A stretch of DNA of 32,000 nt from Mycoplasmoides pneumoniae FH (GTDB lineage Bacteria > Bacillota_I > Bacilli_A > Mycoplasmatales > Mycoplasmoidaceae). The notes beneath the pieces were generated by a model. That model searched no databases, had not been told where the DNA came from, and saw only the letters and a list, made by a program, of their open reading frames with translations. Shown piece after piece: positions 1-9,953 of the stretch. A program made the translations under genes and the position numbers. The DNA lies in contig NZ_CP010546.1 of assembly GCF_001272835.1 (NCBI RefSeq), positions 302,809-334,808 on the forward strand, written 5' to 3'. Every line of letters begins with the position of its first letter. Within the stretch, counting starts at the first letter, position 1.

Positions 1-607
1 CATTTACCGCATTTTTATTGCTGTACCTACCATTATTTTTTTGGGATTAAATCACTTACTTGGTAGTGTTGCTAGTTTTACAGTGTTAGGCAATGTCACC
101 ATTCACCTACAGGTTAGCCTTTTTATTGGGGGAGTCTTGTTTATTACCGCAGTTATTTCTGATTATTTAGATGGGTATTGAGCGCGGAAGTGAAGGGTTG
201 TGTCTAACTTCGGTAAGCTGTGAGATCCGTTAGCTGACAAGGTGATTATTAACGGTGTCTTAATTGTCCTAGTAGCATATGGCTACTTTCACTTTAGTTT
301 TTTAATTGTGATTGTGCTGCGTGATTTAGTGCTAGACGGATTGCGCTTTTACGCTCAGGAAAAACAGCTAATTATTCCCGCCAACCAATGGGGTAAGTGA
401 AAAACCACTTGACAAATGATAGCAATCTTAATGAGCTGTTTTGTGTTTAGTTTTTCTTTGAAGGAAACCAACAGTGCTAACACAAAAATCTTTTACTGAG
501 CCATAGTGCATTTGCCCTATTATTTAGCTACAGCCTTCTCCTTGGTCTCGTTTGGTATTTACGCCCAACAAATATATAAAACCATTAAGGTTAAAGTAAA
601 GTTATAA
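1..607 (+). CDS. pgsA: CDP-diacylglycerol--glycerol-3-phosphate 3-phosphatidyltransferase (5' end outside the window)
   Basis: Frame 2 is open to TAA 605-607 when TGA=Trp. The complete CDP-alcohol phosphatidyltransferase signature DG-x2-AR-x8-G-x3-D-x3-D (DGYWARKWRVVSNFGKLWDPLAD) lies at 170-238 and contains three in-frame TGA codons. Flanking sequence is hydrophobic. Confidence 0.9.
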
Positions 608-628
608 TTTTGGAACTTTCTTATTGTT

Positions 629-1101
629 GTGTACGCGCGCTTAATTGCTGAAAAACTGCTAAATCATAAGCTCACCATTGCCACTGCAGAGTCAGTTACT
701 GGGGGCCTTTTGAGTAGTAGCTTAACCGACATCGCTGGTGCTTCTCGTTTCTTTAAGGGTGCCATTGTGGCATACAGCAATGAATTGAAAAAATCACTTT
801 TAAATGTCAAACAATCAACCTTAATTAACCACGGTGCTGTTCGCGTTATTGTGTTCGTGAAATGGCGTTAGGTTTAATGCAAAAATTCAATGTTGATATT
901 GCCGTGGCCTGCAGTGGGTTAGCGGGTCCTGATGCATTGGAAAACCAAGCAGTTGGTAGCTTGTTTTTCTGTGTGATTGTTGCCAACAAGGCTTATGACT
1001 TTGAAACAAAACTACCAGCTGGCTCTAGAAACGAATTGCGCCAGCTTTTTGTGCAAAAAATCTTGCAAACAGTTGAACACATTTTAAGTGAAATTTCTTA
1101 G
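629..1101 (+). pseudogene. CinA C-terminal domain / PncC-like nicotinamide-nucleotide amidase family gene, reading frame broken by an apparent 1-nt deletion near 840
   Basis: ORF 629-871 (frame 2, GTG start) encodes ...TIATAESVTGGLLSSSLTDIAGASRFFKGAIVAYSNELK...HGAV. ORF 862-1101 (frame 1) encodes the rest, (SRYCVRE)MALGLMQKFNVDIAVACSGLAGP.... Frame 1 is open only from 829. The total span of 473 nt is not a multiple of 3. Confidence 0.7.
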
Positions 1102-1126
1102 GTTAAATAAGGTTTAAGAGAACAAG

Positions 1127-1882
1127 ATGCAGCGTACTTTAAATGTTGGGGTGATCCTGTGTGAAAGCTTTATTTCCAACGCCCAAAACCCAGTTAACTC
1201 CTACATTAAGATTTACGAAAACGTGAGGATGTTTGAGTTTGCGATTAAGCTACTTCAAGAATCGCGAATTAACTTCCAAAAGATCCTTTTATACGTTTTG
1301 GAAGAGCAAATTCCACTTGTGGAAAAAGTAGTTGCCAAGTACGAAAACTGCTGGGTCTTTCGTTCCAAGCACAACGAGGTTGAGGACATTTATGAAGCCA
1401 AGGGCTTTATTGAAGACAAGTACAAAATTGGTTTAAAAAGTTCTAAAAACCAAGCCTCTTCGTATTATGACAACTGTTGTTTTGTTGTCTTGGAAGCATG
1501 TCGACCTTTAACTTCCAAGAAGGTTGTTAAAAACGTGTATGAAAAGGCAATGATTGACGGTGCCGCTGTAGCTGTACTACCGTTTGAAAGGCAGCTTGTT
1601 TGTGGTGATAATACTAAGGCGGTGCGCCAGTTAAAGGACAAGGGCAACATGAACTATTGGCGTCAAAGTAGTACTTGGGAGTTGCAATTTCCCCAGGCTT
1701 ATACGCTCAATAAGTTAAACCAGTATCATAAAAACCTCTTTATGAAGGCGCGGAACATGCTTGATTTAATGAACATTTCCGCTAAGAATCCCCTAAGCAT
1801 TGTCGATGGTAGTGCTTACAGCTTTCGTGTAGTTACTAGCCTGGACTTTGAAATTTTGTTAGGTATTTTGCGCAATGGATAG
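1127..1882 (+). CDS. Hypothetical protein with a degenerate IspD/TarI-type nucleotidyltransferase (cytidylyltransferase) fold
   Basis: Uninterrupted 251-aa ORF. Pattern-level match along the whole length to IspD: VGVILCES.. at the position of the AAGxGxRM loop, FVVLEACRPLTS vs VLVHDAARP, TWELQFPQAY vs LWxxxTPQxF, and SIVDGSAYSFRVVTSLDFEIL vs LVEGxxxNIKVTxPEDLxLA. The Gly/Arg catalytic loop is not conserved. Confidence 0.6.
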   Translation: MQRTLNVGVILCESFISNAQNPVNSYIKIYENVRMFEFAIKLLQESRINFQKILLYVLEEQIPLVEKVVAKYENCWVFRSKHNEVEDIYEAKGFIEDKYKIGLKSSKNQASSYYDNCCFVVLEACRPLTSKKVVKNVYEKAMIDGAAVAVLPFERQLVCGDNTKAVRQLKDKGNMNYWRQSSTWELQFPQAYTLNKLNQYHKNLFMKARNMLDLMNISAKNPLSIVDGSAYSFRVVTSLDFEILLGILRNG

Positions 1883-2546
1883 AAAAATAGTTCAACTAAT
1901 TCATAACTTTAGCGGTACAGAAAAACTAAAAGCAGCTGTTTTTTCACACGACGAACAGTGTTTCTTTGACTTTGTTAGCTTCGATGAATTAAACAGTAAG
2001 CTAACTGGGTTTCTGTTATTTGACAGCTTGGAGAAGCTGTTCAAACTAGTAGAAACAATTCAGCAAAAGCGCAGTTGGCTTTATGTTGATGAATTGTGAC
2101 TGATCAATACTGCAACTGACAACCAACAACTCAATGAAGTGAGCGTTTGGTTAGTGAAAAAGGAGCTTGCGCAAGTCGGTGTTTTAACCCAATTGGATAC
2201 TAGTTTAGTCAAGCTTTTAATGGCTTCCAAAAATACTGACAGTGCCCTTTACAACACTTACATTAAACCAGTGGAGTTGCAACAGTTTACCCAAACACCA
2301 GCTCCTGATAACGTTAATGCAGAGCAATCGCATTTAACCTTGGAGTCTACCACCGACTTGAACAACAGTCAACTAGCCAATACTCCAGCGTTGTGGGAAG
2401 TGGAACAAACGACCCAGGAATTGTTACCAACCATGGACTTTTCTAAGTTTATTGATGAATTAGATCAAATTACCAAAAACTTTTCTGATTTAGAGTTAGA
2501 ACCACTTAGTTTTAACGAAGGTTTTGATGAGTGAAACCAAGAGTAA
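1875..2546 (+). CDS. Hypothetical protein with an acidic C-terminal half
   Basis: ORFs 1875-2099 and 2139-2534 are in the same frame and are joined by TGA(Trp) at 2097. The TGA at 2532 is also read through to TAA 2544-2546. Overlaps the upstream gene by 8 nt and galE by 20 nt. I recognise no motif. Confidence 0.6.
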
Positions 2547-3543
2547 AGTACTCGTTTTAGGCGGTTTAGGTTACATTGGGAGCTGTTTTATTGACCAGCT
2601 TCTAAAACAGTACCCTGATGTAACTGTTAGTGTAATTGACATTAACCACACTAGTCTGGCGCTACAACTGTTACCAAGACAGGTCAACGTTCACTTTGTT
2701 AACTTACTTGACCGTGCACAGTTAACAGATACGATTGCTCAAATTAACCCTGATGTCGTGTTTCACTTTGCGGCAAAAACAAGCGTAAAGGAATCGACCG
2801 AACAACCACTTACATATTTTGACCATAACCTAGTCGGTACGCTCAACTTACTCCACGCTTTAAAAGAACTACAAAAACCGATCCAGCTGTTCTTCTCCTC
2901 CACTGCTGCAGTCTTTGGTAGTGCTAGTACACTTCCAATTCCAGAAAACTTAGTTTTAGAGGAAACACTCGCTTCCAATCCGTATGGCATTAGTAAGTTT
3001 TTAAGTGAAATAGTACTGCAAACACTTACCCGTAGCCCCCATTTTCAAGTAATAGCGTTGCGCTACTTTAACGTAGCGGGTGCTAGTAATCCCTTTGGTA
3101 ACTTCAATAAAAACACGACCTTACTGATTCCTAACCTGATTAAAGCCTTTATGGAAAAGCGCACCTTCTTTCTGTATGGTGATGACTATGACACTAAAGA
3201 TGGGAGCTGTATCCGTGATTACATCCATGTAGTAGACTTGTGTGATGCCCATTTGTTGGCGTGAAAGTGGTTGCAAGCCAATCCTAAAGTGCGCTTTGAA
3301 AGCTTTAACTTAGGTAGTGGTCAGGGCTTTTCCAATTGGGAGGTCATTAATACTGCTCAAGCAATCTTTGCGCCTGAACAATTACAGCTCAAAATTGAAT
3401 CACGAAGGGCTGGTGATCCACCTGTTTTAGTGGTTGATTGCACGAAGGCAAAACGCTTACTCAACTTCCAACCAACCCGCTCATTACACAAAATGCTGAG
3501 CGATGAAACAATTTTTTATCGGGATTTTTATAATAGGCTTTAA
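2527..3543 (+). CDS. galE: UDP-glucose 4-epimerase
   Basis: ORFs 2524-3264 and 3271-3543 are in the same frame and are joined by TGA at 3262. N-terminal Rossmann motif [12 protein letters not shown], the SDR catalytic segment NPYGISK (YxxxK), and RYFNVAGA. The ATG at 2527 is preferred over the TTG at 2524. Confidence 0.93.
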
Positions 3544-3557
3544 ATTCAATTTTGGCA

Positions 3558-5276
3558 ATGTCAAAAATAGCCTTCAGGATGGAAAATATCTGCAAGAGTT
3601 TTGACAATGGTAGGGTCAAAGCTAATGTAGATGTTAACCTCACGGTTTACGAAAATACTGTCCACACATTGCTGGGTGAAAATGGTGCGGGCAAATCTAC
3701 TTTAACTTCCATTTTGTTCGGTTTATACCAACCCGACAGCGGCAAAATTTTTATTGGTGAAGAGGAAGTACACTTCAAGTCCTCCAAGGATGCCGTGCAG
3801 CACAAAATTGGGATGGTGCACCAGCACTTTAAGCTGGTTGATAACTACACCGTCTTAGACAACATTATTTTGGGCAATGAAAGTAGTTTTTCCATTCCTT
3901 TTACCAACGGTAAGCTTAAACTACCTTTATTGCACCGTAAAGCTAGCGAAGCCAAAATTCAAGCAATGATGGAACGGTATGACCTCCATGTGAACTTGCA
4001 CCAAAAGGTAAGCCGCTTAACGGTGGGTCAGCAACAACGGGTCGAGATCTTGAAGGTGTTATTCCGTGACAGTGACATTCTCATCTTTGATGAACCAACC
4101 GCTGTTTTGAGCGACCAGGAGATCAAGAGCTTTTTAAACATCATTAAAAACTTCAAGAAGATGGGTAAAACGATTGTGCTCATCTCCCACAAACTCAACG
4201 AAATTAAGGAAGTAGCGGAGACTGCTACCATTTTGCGTCAAGGTCACTCCGTTGGCACCTTCCAAATTAAGGACACTTCAATTGATGAAATGGCACGCTT
4301 AATGATGGGAAAGGAGTTGAAGAAAACCAAAAACAATACTCAGTTTACCGCCAAAGGTGAGCCCGTTTTAAAGGTCGAAAACCTCCATCTTTATTTAAAC
4401 CAAAACTGGTTTTACAAGTTAATTGCGCGCTGGAACCAAAAGCGAATTAATCAACTCCAAAAACAGGGTAAGCCAGCGAAAACACTGTGGTTAAAGAGTT
4501 GACTAGAAGGGTTGGCAGCTATTGAAAAAACACCCCGTTTTATTCGTGGAATCGTTAATAATTTAGGTTTTGGTAGCCAACAGGTGTTTGATAAAGGGAT
4601 TAGTTTTGAGATCCATAAGGGTGAAATTTTTGCCATTGCCGGGGTGGAAGGTAACGGTCAAAACCAATTAATAGATCTTATTTGTGGCTTGGAAAAAGCA
4701 GCACCAAAAAAGGTCTTCTTCAATGGTTTTGACATTTCACGTTATTCCATTCGCAAGCGGATTAACGCTGGTATTGGTTTTGTGTTAGAAGACCGCCATA
4801 AATACGGATTAATCTTAGACCAAACGGTGCGTTTTAACGCGGTGAATAACCAAATTGATCGTAAGCAATTTAGCAGTTGAAATTTTTTAAATCAAATGCA
4901 AATAGCTGTTTACACTAACCAAATCGTCGATAAATTTGATGTTCGTGGAGCGGTACAAGGTACAGCAATAGTGCGTTTACTTTCCGGGGGTAATCAGCAA
5001 AAGCTGATTATTGGTCGGGAACTGACAAAGCAGAACGAGCTGTTAGTGTTTGCTCAAGTAACCCGGGGTTTGGATGTTGGTGCCATTTCGTTTATCCACC
5101 AAAAGATTTTGGATGCAAAGAAACAAAATAATGCAATCTTGTTAGTGTCATATGAGTTAGATGAAATTTTAGCTATTGCCGATACCATTGGCGTAATTAA
5201 CAAAGGCAACCTGTTGGAAGTCAATAAACGTGATGTAATGACGCGTGAACGCATAGGCAAACTAATCATGCAATAA
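3558..5276 (+). CDS. ABC transporter ATP-binding protein with two fused NBDs (CUT2 sugar/nucleoside type)
   Basis: Three same-frame ORFs (3552-4502, 4512-4880, 4896-5276) are joined by TGA at 4500 and 4878. NBD1 has Walker [10 protein letters not shown], signature LTVGQQQR and Walker [12 protein letters not shown]2 has [15 protein letters not shown] and a degenerate Walker [12 protein letters not shown] at 3558. Confidence 0.92.
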
Positions 5277-5292
5277 GAAAAAACTGGGAATT

Positions 5293-6846
5293 ATGAATGC
5301 TTTAAATTACCTCAAACACCGTTTTCTGTTTAGTAAAGACAAGTTTTGGTACGCCCCTTTTAAACAAAAGCAACGTCGGAGCATCTACTCCACCTTTTCG
5401 TTGATTGTTCTCTCCTTTATTGTTTCGTTCTTTTTAATAGTCGCCATTCCCGGCATTAAAGGCGGTACCTTCTTAGAAATCTTTACCCGTTTATTTAAAG
5501 ATAGGGTTAACATCGAAAACTTTGCACGACAAATTGCGATTTACACCCTAGCTGCTTTGGCGTTTAGCTTTTGTATGAGTGTTGGGGTGTTTAACATTGG
5601 GATTTCGGGACAAATGATGGCTGGCGCTAATTTTGGTTTCATGATGATCCTCAAGGTTTTCCCCGAGTCATTCCGTCCTGCCTTTGGTGGTCAGATCATT
5701 ACCATCCTCTTAATGATTCTAGGTAGTGTGACCGTTGCTATGGTGGTAGCTGCTTTAAAGGTCTTCTTTAAGGTTAATGAAGTGGTTAGTGCCATTATGC
5801 TCAACTGGGTAATTGTGCTGGTTAGCGCTTATCTAGTGGGTACTTACATTAAACCGGAAAAAACTGATACTTCCCAGTTTTACTCGATTGAACTACCGGA
5901 TGCCTTTGCGCTGTATAACTTCTCTGATGTTCAACAAAAGTATGGTTGATTAACCTCGTTGGTTATTGCCATAGCAGCTGCCATATTCATTGCAGTTTTA
6001 ATGAAGTTCACCGTTTTTGGACACAAACTCAAGTCCACGGGTTTAAGTGTGACGGGTTCGCAAGCCGCTGGTTACATTGTTAAGAAGTATCAGTTCCTCT
6101 CGTTTGTGATTTCAGGAATCCTTTCTGGTTTACTAGCAGCTGTAGTTTATACCGCATCCTTTGAAAAGCAGTTAACGTTCTCAGATGTGGGTGACTTTGG
6201 GATTACATCGGTACCGATTACTGGGTTTGATGGAATTGCAATTGGTTTAATTGCGCTCAACAGTCCAGCGCGAATTGTAATAGTTTCCACCATTATTTCA
6301 TTTGTAACCATTGGTGCTAAACCAGCGGGGTTAAACGCTGCTACTGCGAGCTTGGTGTTGGGTATCATGATGTATTTCGCTGCCATTTATAACCTGATGA
6401 TTTACATCAAGCCATGGCGCATGATTGTCAAGCTCAATATTGGTAAGATGAACGAAGCGGCATATGATGAATTCCAAAACGAGATGGCTGCTAATTTAGA
6501 AACGCTGTCGTTCCAGCGCTTTTTAGATAAACAAAAACGGAAGCATGATAAAGAGCGAATGGTTTGGTTTGACACCAAGCGCTTTGAGGAGTACCAGAAA
6601 AAGAAGCAAGCAACTCTACAAACCTTCCATGAAAATTCCTCGCAAAACTTACTGCAGTACTGAAAGCAACAGTTACTAGTAGCCGATGTAAAGCGATTAA
6701 CTTTCAAATGAGACTTTCTTACCTTTAAACACCAGCAAAAGTACATCTTACGCTGGTACAAGGGCAAGAACAAAAAGCAAACAGCACTAGAAAATGAGTT
6801 TGCTAGTTTAAACGAAGCTATTAGTCAAAAATTGGAGGAGAAATAA
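5293..6846 (+). CDS. ABC transporter permease (BPD_transp_2 / RbsC-like) with a long charged C-terminal tail
   Basis: ORFs 5293-5949 and 5959-6663 plus 6664-6846 are in the same frame, joined by TGA at 5947, 6661 and 6709. It is multi-pass hydrophobic to about 6420, then has about 140 K/Q/E-rich residues ending at TAA 6844-6846. Confidence 0.85.
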
Positions 6847-7781
6847 TGTCACAGTCTTTAATTTCTTTTAGTAACTTAGATAACTGGTTGTTTGTCGCTC
6901 CTGCACTGCTACTCGCTGTATTGAGTGGTTACTTATCTGAGCGGGTTGGTATTGTCAATATTGCCATTAACGGGGGCATGGTGTTTGGCGGGATGTTCTT
7001 ATCCTTAATGTCTTATGCCTTTGTGCCCAATGCAAATGATTCTGCACCATCTTGATCACTAGCAATAAGCATCCCTTTAAGTGTTATCTTTGCCTCAGCT
7101 GTTGGTTTTCTGTTTGGCATTGCCGCCATTAAACTCAAAGCCGATCACGTGATTGTTGGCACAGGGGTTAACTTACTGGGCACGGGAATTAATTTCTTTG
7201 TGGCACAAAATGCCCGCTCATTGCTTAACGATACTGATTTAAGGGTACGATACAGCTTTGTAAGAACAGGAAACTCTGTAAGTATTGAGGGTATAGCAAT
7301 CTTTGCCTTTGCAATTATCTTTGTTTTATTAGTGTGGTATTTGATGAACTTTACTAAAACGGGCTTGCGTTACCGTGCTGTTGGGGAAAATCCTAATGTG
7401 ATTGATACCCAAGGTATTAGTGTGTATAAATACCAGTGGTTTGGGGTAATGGCTTCGACGATGGTAGCAGCTTTAGCGGGTTGTTGTTTTGCTTTAAGTC
7501 CACAGGTACCTAGCTTTTCTAGCGGGGATGTGAGCGGGTTTGGTTTTATTGCCATTGCCATTATGATCATTTCGATGTGACGAATTATCCCAAGTATTGT
7601 GATCTCGCCCTTGTTTGCACTAGCTTATGTGCTTACTACCGGTGTGGTAGGTAATGCTAATAACACTTACTTATTGAGAACTATTCCGTTTATTATTTCG
7701 CTGTTGGTAATGATGGTATTTGGATATCTCAATGTAGGGCCGAAAAACGTTGGTAAGCATTTCGATAAGGGTTTGCGATAG
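6846..7781 (+). CDS. ABC transporter permease (second membrane subunit)
   Basis: ORFs 6846-7055, 7149-7580 and 7599-7781 are in the same frame, joined by TGA at 7053 and 7578. The ATG overlaps the upstream stop (TAATG) and GGAGGAG lies 6 nt upstream. Hydrophobic throughout. Confidence 0.88.
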
Positions 7782-7794
7782 GTTAACCTTTATT

Positions 7795-7806
7795 TATAGT
7801 TATAGT
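7795..7806 (+). promoter_or_regulatory. Candidate -10 region, tandem TATAGT-TATAGT upstream of topA
   Basis: tatagttatagt lies 12-23 nt upstream of ATG 7818, in the only intergenic gap (36 nt) before topA. Confidence 0.3.
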
Positions 7807-7817
7807 CAAGCCAACAA

Positions 7818-9953
7818 ATGAGTAAAAATCTGGTGGTGATTGAATCACCCAATAAAGTTAAAACGTTGCAAAAATATTTACCGAATGACTTTGAAATAGT
7901 TTCTACCATTGGTCATATTCGGGAAATGGTGCACAAAAACTTTGGTTTTAACGAAGCCGATTACTCACCAGTTTGGGAAGACTGAACTAAATCAAAAAAG
8001 AAGTTTTCTAGCCTTAGCTTTAAAGGTAATCTTAAGGGCAAAAAACTTTTAAGTAAGTACGACATCATCAAAAGCATTAAAGAGAAGGCTAGTAAAGCCA
8101 CTAACATTTACCTAGCAACCGACCCAGACCGTGAGGGAGAGGCAATTTCCTGACATGTTTACGATGTTTTGGATGAAAAGGACAAGTCGAAGTGCCAACG
8201 CATTACCTTTAACGAAATTACCAAGAACGCCGTTTTAGATGCACTGAAAAACCCACGGGAAATTGATCAGAGTTGGGTGCAGAGTCAGTTTGCGCGCCAA
8301 ATTCTTGACCGGATGATTGGTTTTCGCCTTTCAAGGCTGTTAAACAATTACCTCTCAGCTAAGTCAGCGGGACGGGTACAATCAGTAGCACTGCGTTTTT
8401 TAGAAGAACGTGAACAGGAAATTCGTAGCTTTGTACCACGGTTTTGGTGAACGCTCGATGTGTTGTTAAATCCCAAGGCTGAAGGTGTTAGGGAGGCGTG
8501 TGCTAATCGTTCAATTCCAATTGTCTTGCGTGAAATTAATCCTGCTTTACGTGCTGGCTTGAAATTTGAAGAGGAGAAGAGCGTATCGGGAATTGACTTT
8601 TTAGATGAAGCATCAGCTAAAAAGTTTGGTGAACAGCTCAAGGGTGTCTTTGAGGTGTACAACATTGATGAAACCAAACACTACAGCAGTTCGCCCAATT
8701 CCGCTTACACCACCGCTTCATTGCAAAAGGATGCCATCAACAAACTAGGTTGGTCTTCCAAAAAGGTAACCTTAATTGCCCAACACCTGTATGAAGGGGT
8801 GAGTATTAATGGAGAACAAACCGCTTTAATTAGCTATCCCCGTACCGACTCAACTCGTTTATCAGCGCAATTTCAACAAAGTTGTAAAGAATACATCTTA
8901 AACCATTACGGAGAAAAGTACCTCTCTAATCGGATTGTAAGCGCTAAGGGAAAAAAAGGTGAAAAAATTATCCAAGACGCCCATGAAGCAATTCACCCAA
9001 CTGACATGAACATTACCCCGGAAATGGTCAAGAATGCGATTAAGAAGGATGAGTTCTTACTGTACCGCTTAATCTGGATCCGTACGGTCGCTAGTTTAAT
9101 GGCGGATTGTAAAAAATCACATACCCACATCCGGTTTATTAACGATGGTAATAAGTTTTACGCTTCTTCCAAGTCATTAGTATTTGATGGTTATCGCAAA
9201 ATTTACGAACACTTTGAAAATAAGGAAAGTAATGATCTCTACATTGATTTGGATAAGATTAGGGTTGGTGATCGTTTCATGGCTAAAGACATTAAGATCA
9301 CAGCCCGCCAAACCCATCCAGCAGCCCGTTATACCCAAGCTAGTTTAATTGAAGCGTTAGAAAAGTCCAATATTGGTCGACCTTCCACCTATAACACGAT
9401 GGCTAGTGTTAATTTAGACCGGGGTTATGCTAGTTTAAATAAACATGCTTTTCACGTAACACAACTAGGGGAGCAGGTTAATGAAGAATTGTCCAAACAC
9501 TTTGGTAAGATCATTAACAAAGAGTTCACTAAAAACATGGAGAAGTCTTTGGATGAAATTGCTGAAAATAAAAAGAACTACCAGGAGTTTCTCCGTGATT
9601 TTTGGTCAAACTTTAAGGAAGAGGTAAAGCTAGCGGAGGGTTCGATTCAAAGAGTGAAAAAGGAAAAGGAATTTGTTGGTCGTGATTGTCCAAGCTGTGC
9701 TAGTCCCTTGTTGTACCGCTATACTAAACGGGGTAATGAAAAGTTTGTTGGGTGCAGTAACTTTCCCAACTGTAAATACAACGAGTTTAGCCAAAATAAA
9801 CCGAATTTAACTTTGGAAAAGCTCGAAGAACTGTGTCCGGAGTGTAACAGCCAACTAGTGAAAAGACGCACTAAGTTTAATCCCAATAAAACCTTTGTTG
9901 GTTGTAGTAATTTCCCTAGGTGCCGCTACATAAAGAAGGATAATGCTAGCTAG
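7818..9953 (+). CDS. topA: DNA topoisomerase I
   Basis: Frame 3 from ATG 7818 (MSKNLVVIESPNKVKTLQKYL, Toprim) continues through TGA codons into ORFs 8169-8450 and 8460-9953. Contains DPDREGEAISWH, the active-site region ISYPRTDS, and two C-terminal C4 zinc ribbons (CPSC...CSNFPNC and CPEC...CSNFPRC). Confidence 0.96.

Noticed and set aside
862-1101. Treating 862-1101 as an independent 79-aa gene, or invoking programmed ribosomal frameshifting in the cinA-like gene
   Set aside because: The piece is only the C-terminal half of one CinA domain. I see no slippery heptamer or downstream structure at 835-845. A simple 1-nt indel is the more economical reading. A restart at ATG 862 cannot be excluded.
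3552-5276. Track ORFs 3552-4502, 4512-4880 and 4896-5276 treated as three separate genes, and likewise the split pieces of galE, topA, lysS, glf, both permeases, the Cof hydrolase and rny
   Set aside because: All pieces of each set are in the same frame and are separated only by TGA. The joined products carry complete, correctly ordered domain motifs. The breaks are therefore code-11 artefacts, not gene boundaries.
6402-6773. 123-aa minus-strand ORF antisense to the tail of permease 1
   Set aside because: It lies entirely inside a well-supported plus-strand CDS. Its composition is Cys/Phe/Ser-rich, typical of the antisense frame of a K/E/Q-rich region. It has no motif or upstream signals.
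8348-8677. 109-aa minus-strand ORF inside topA
   Set aside because: It is antisense to a highly conserved CDS, has no motif, and is the usual shadow ORF.
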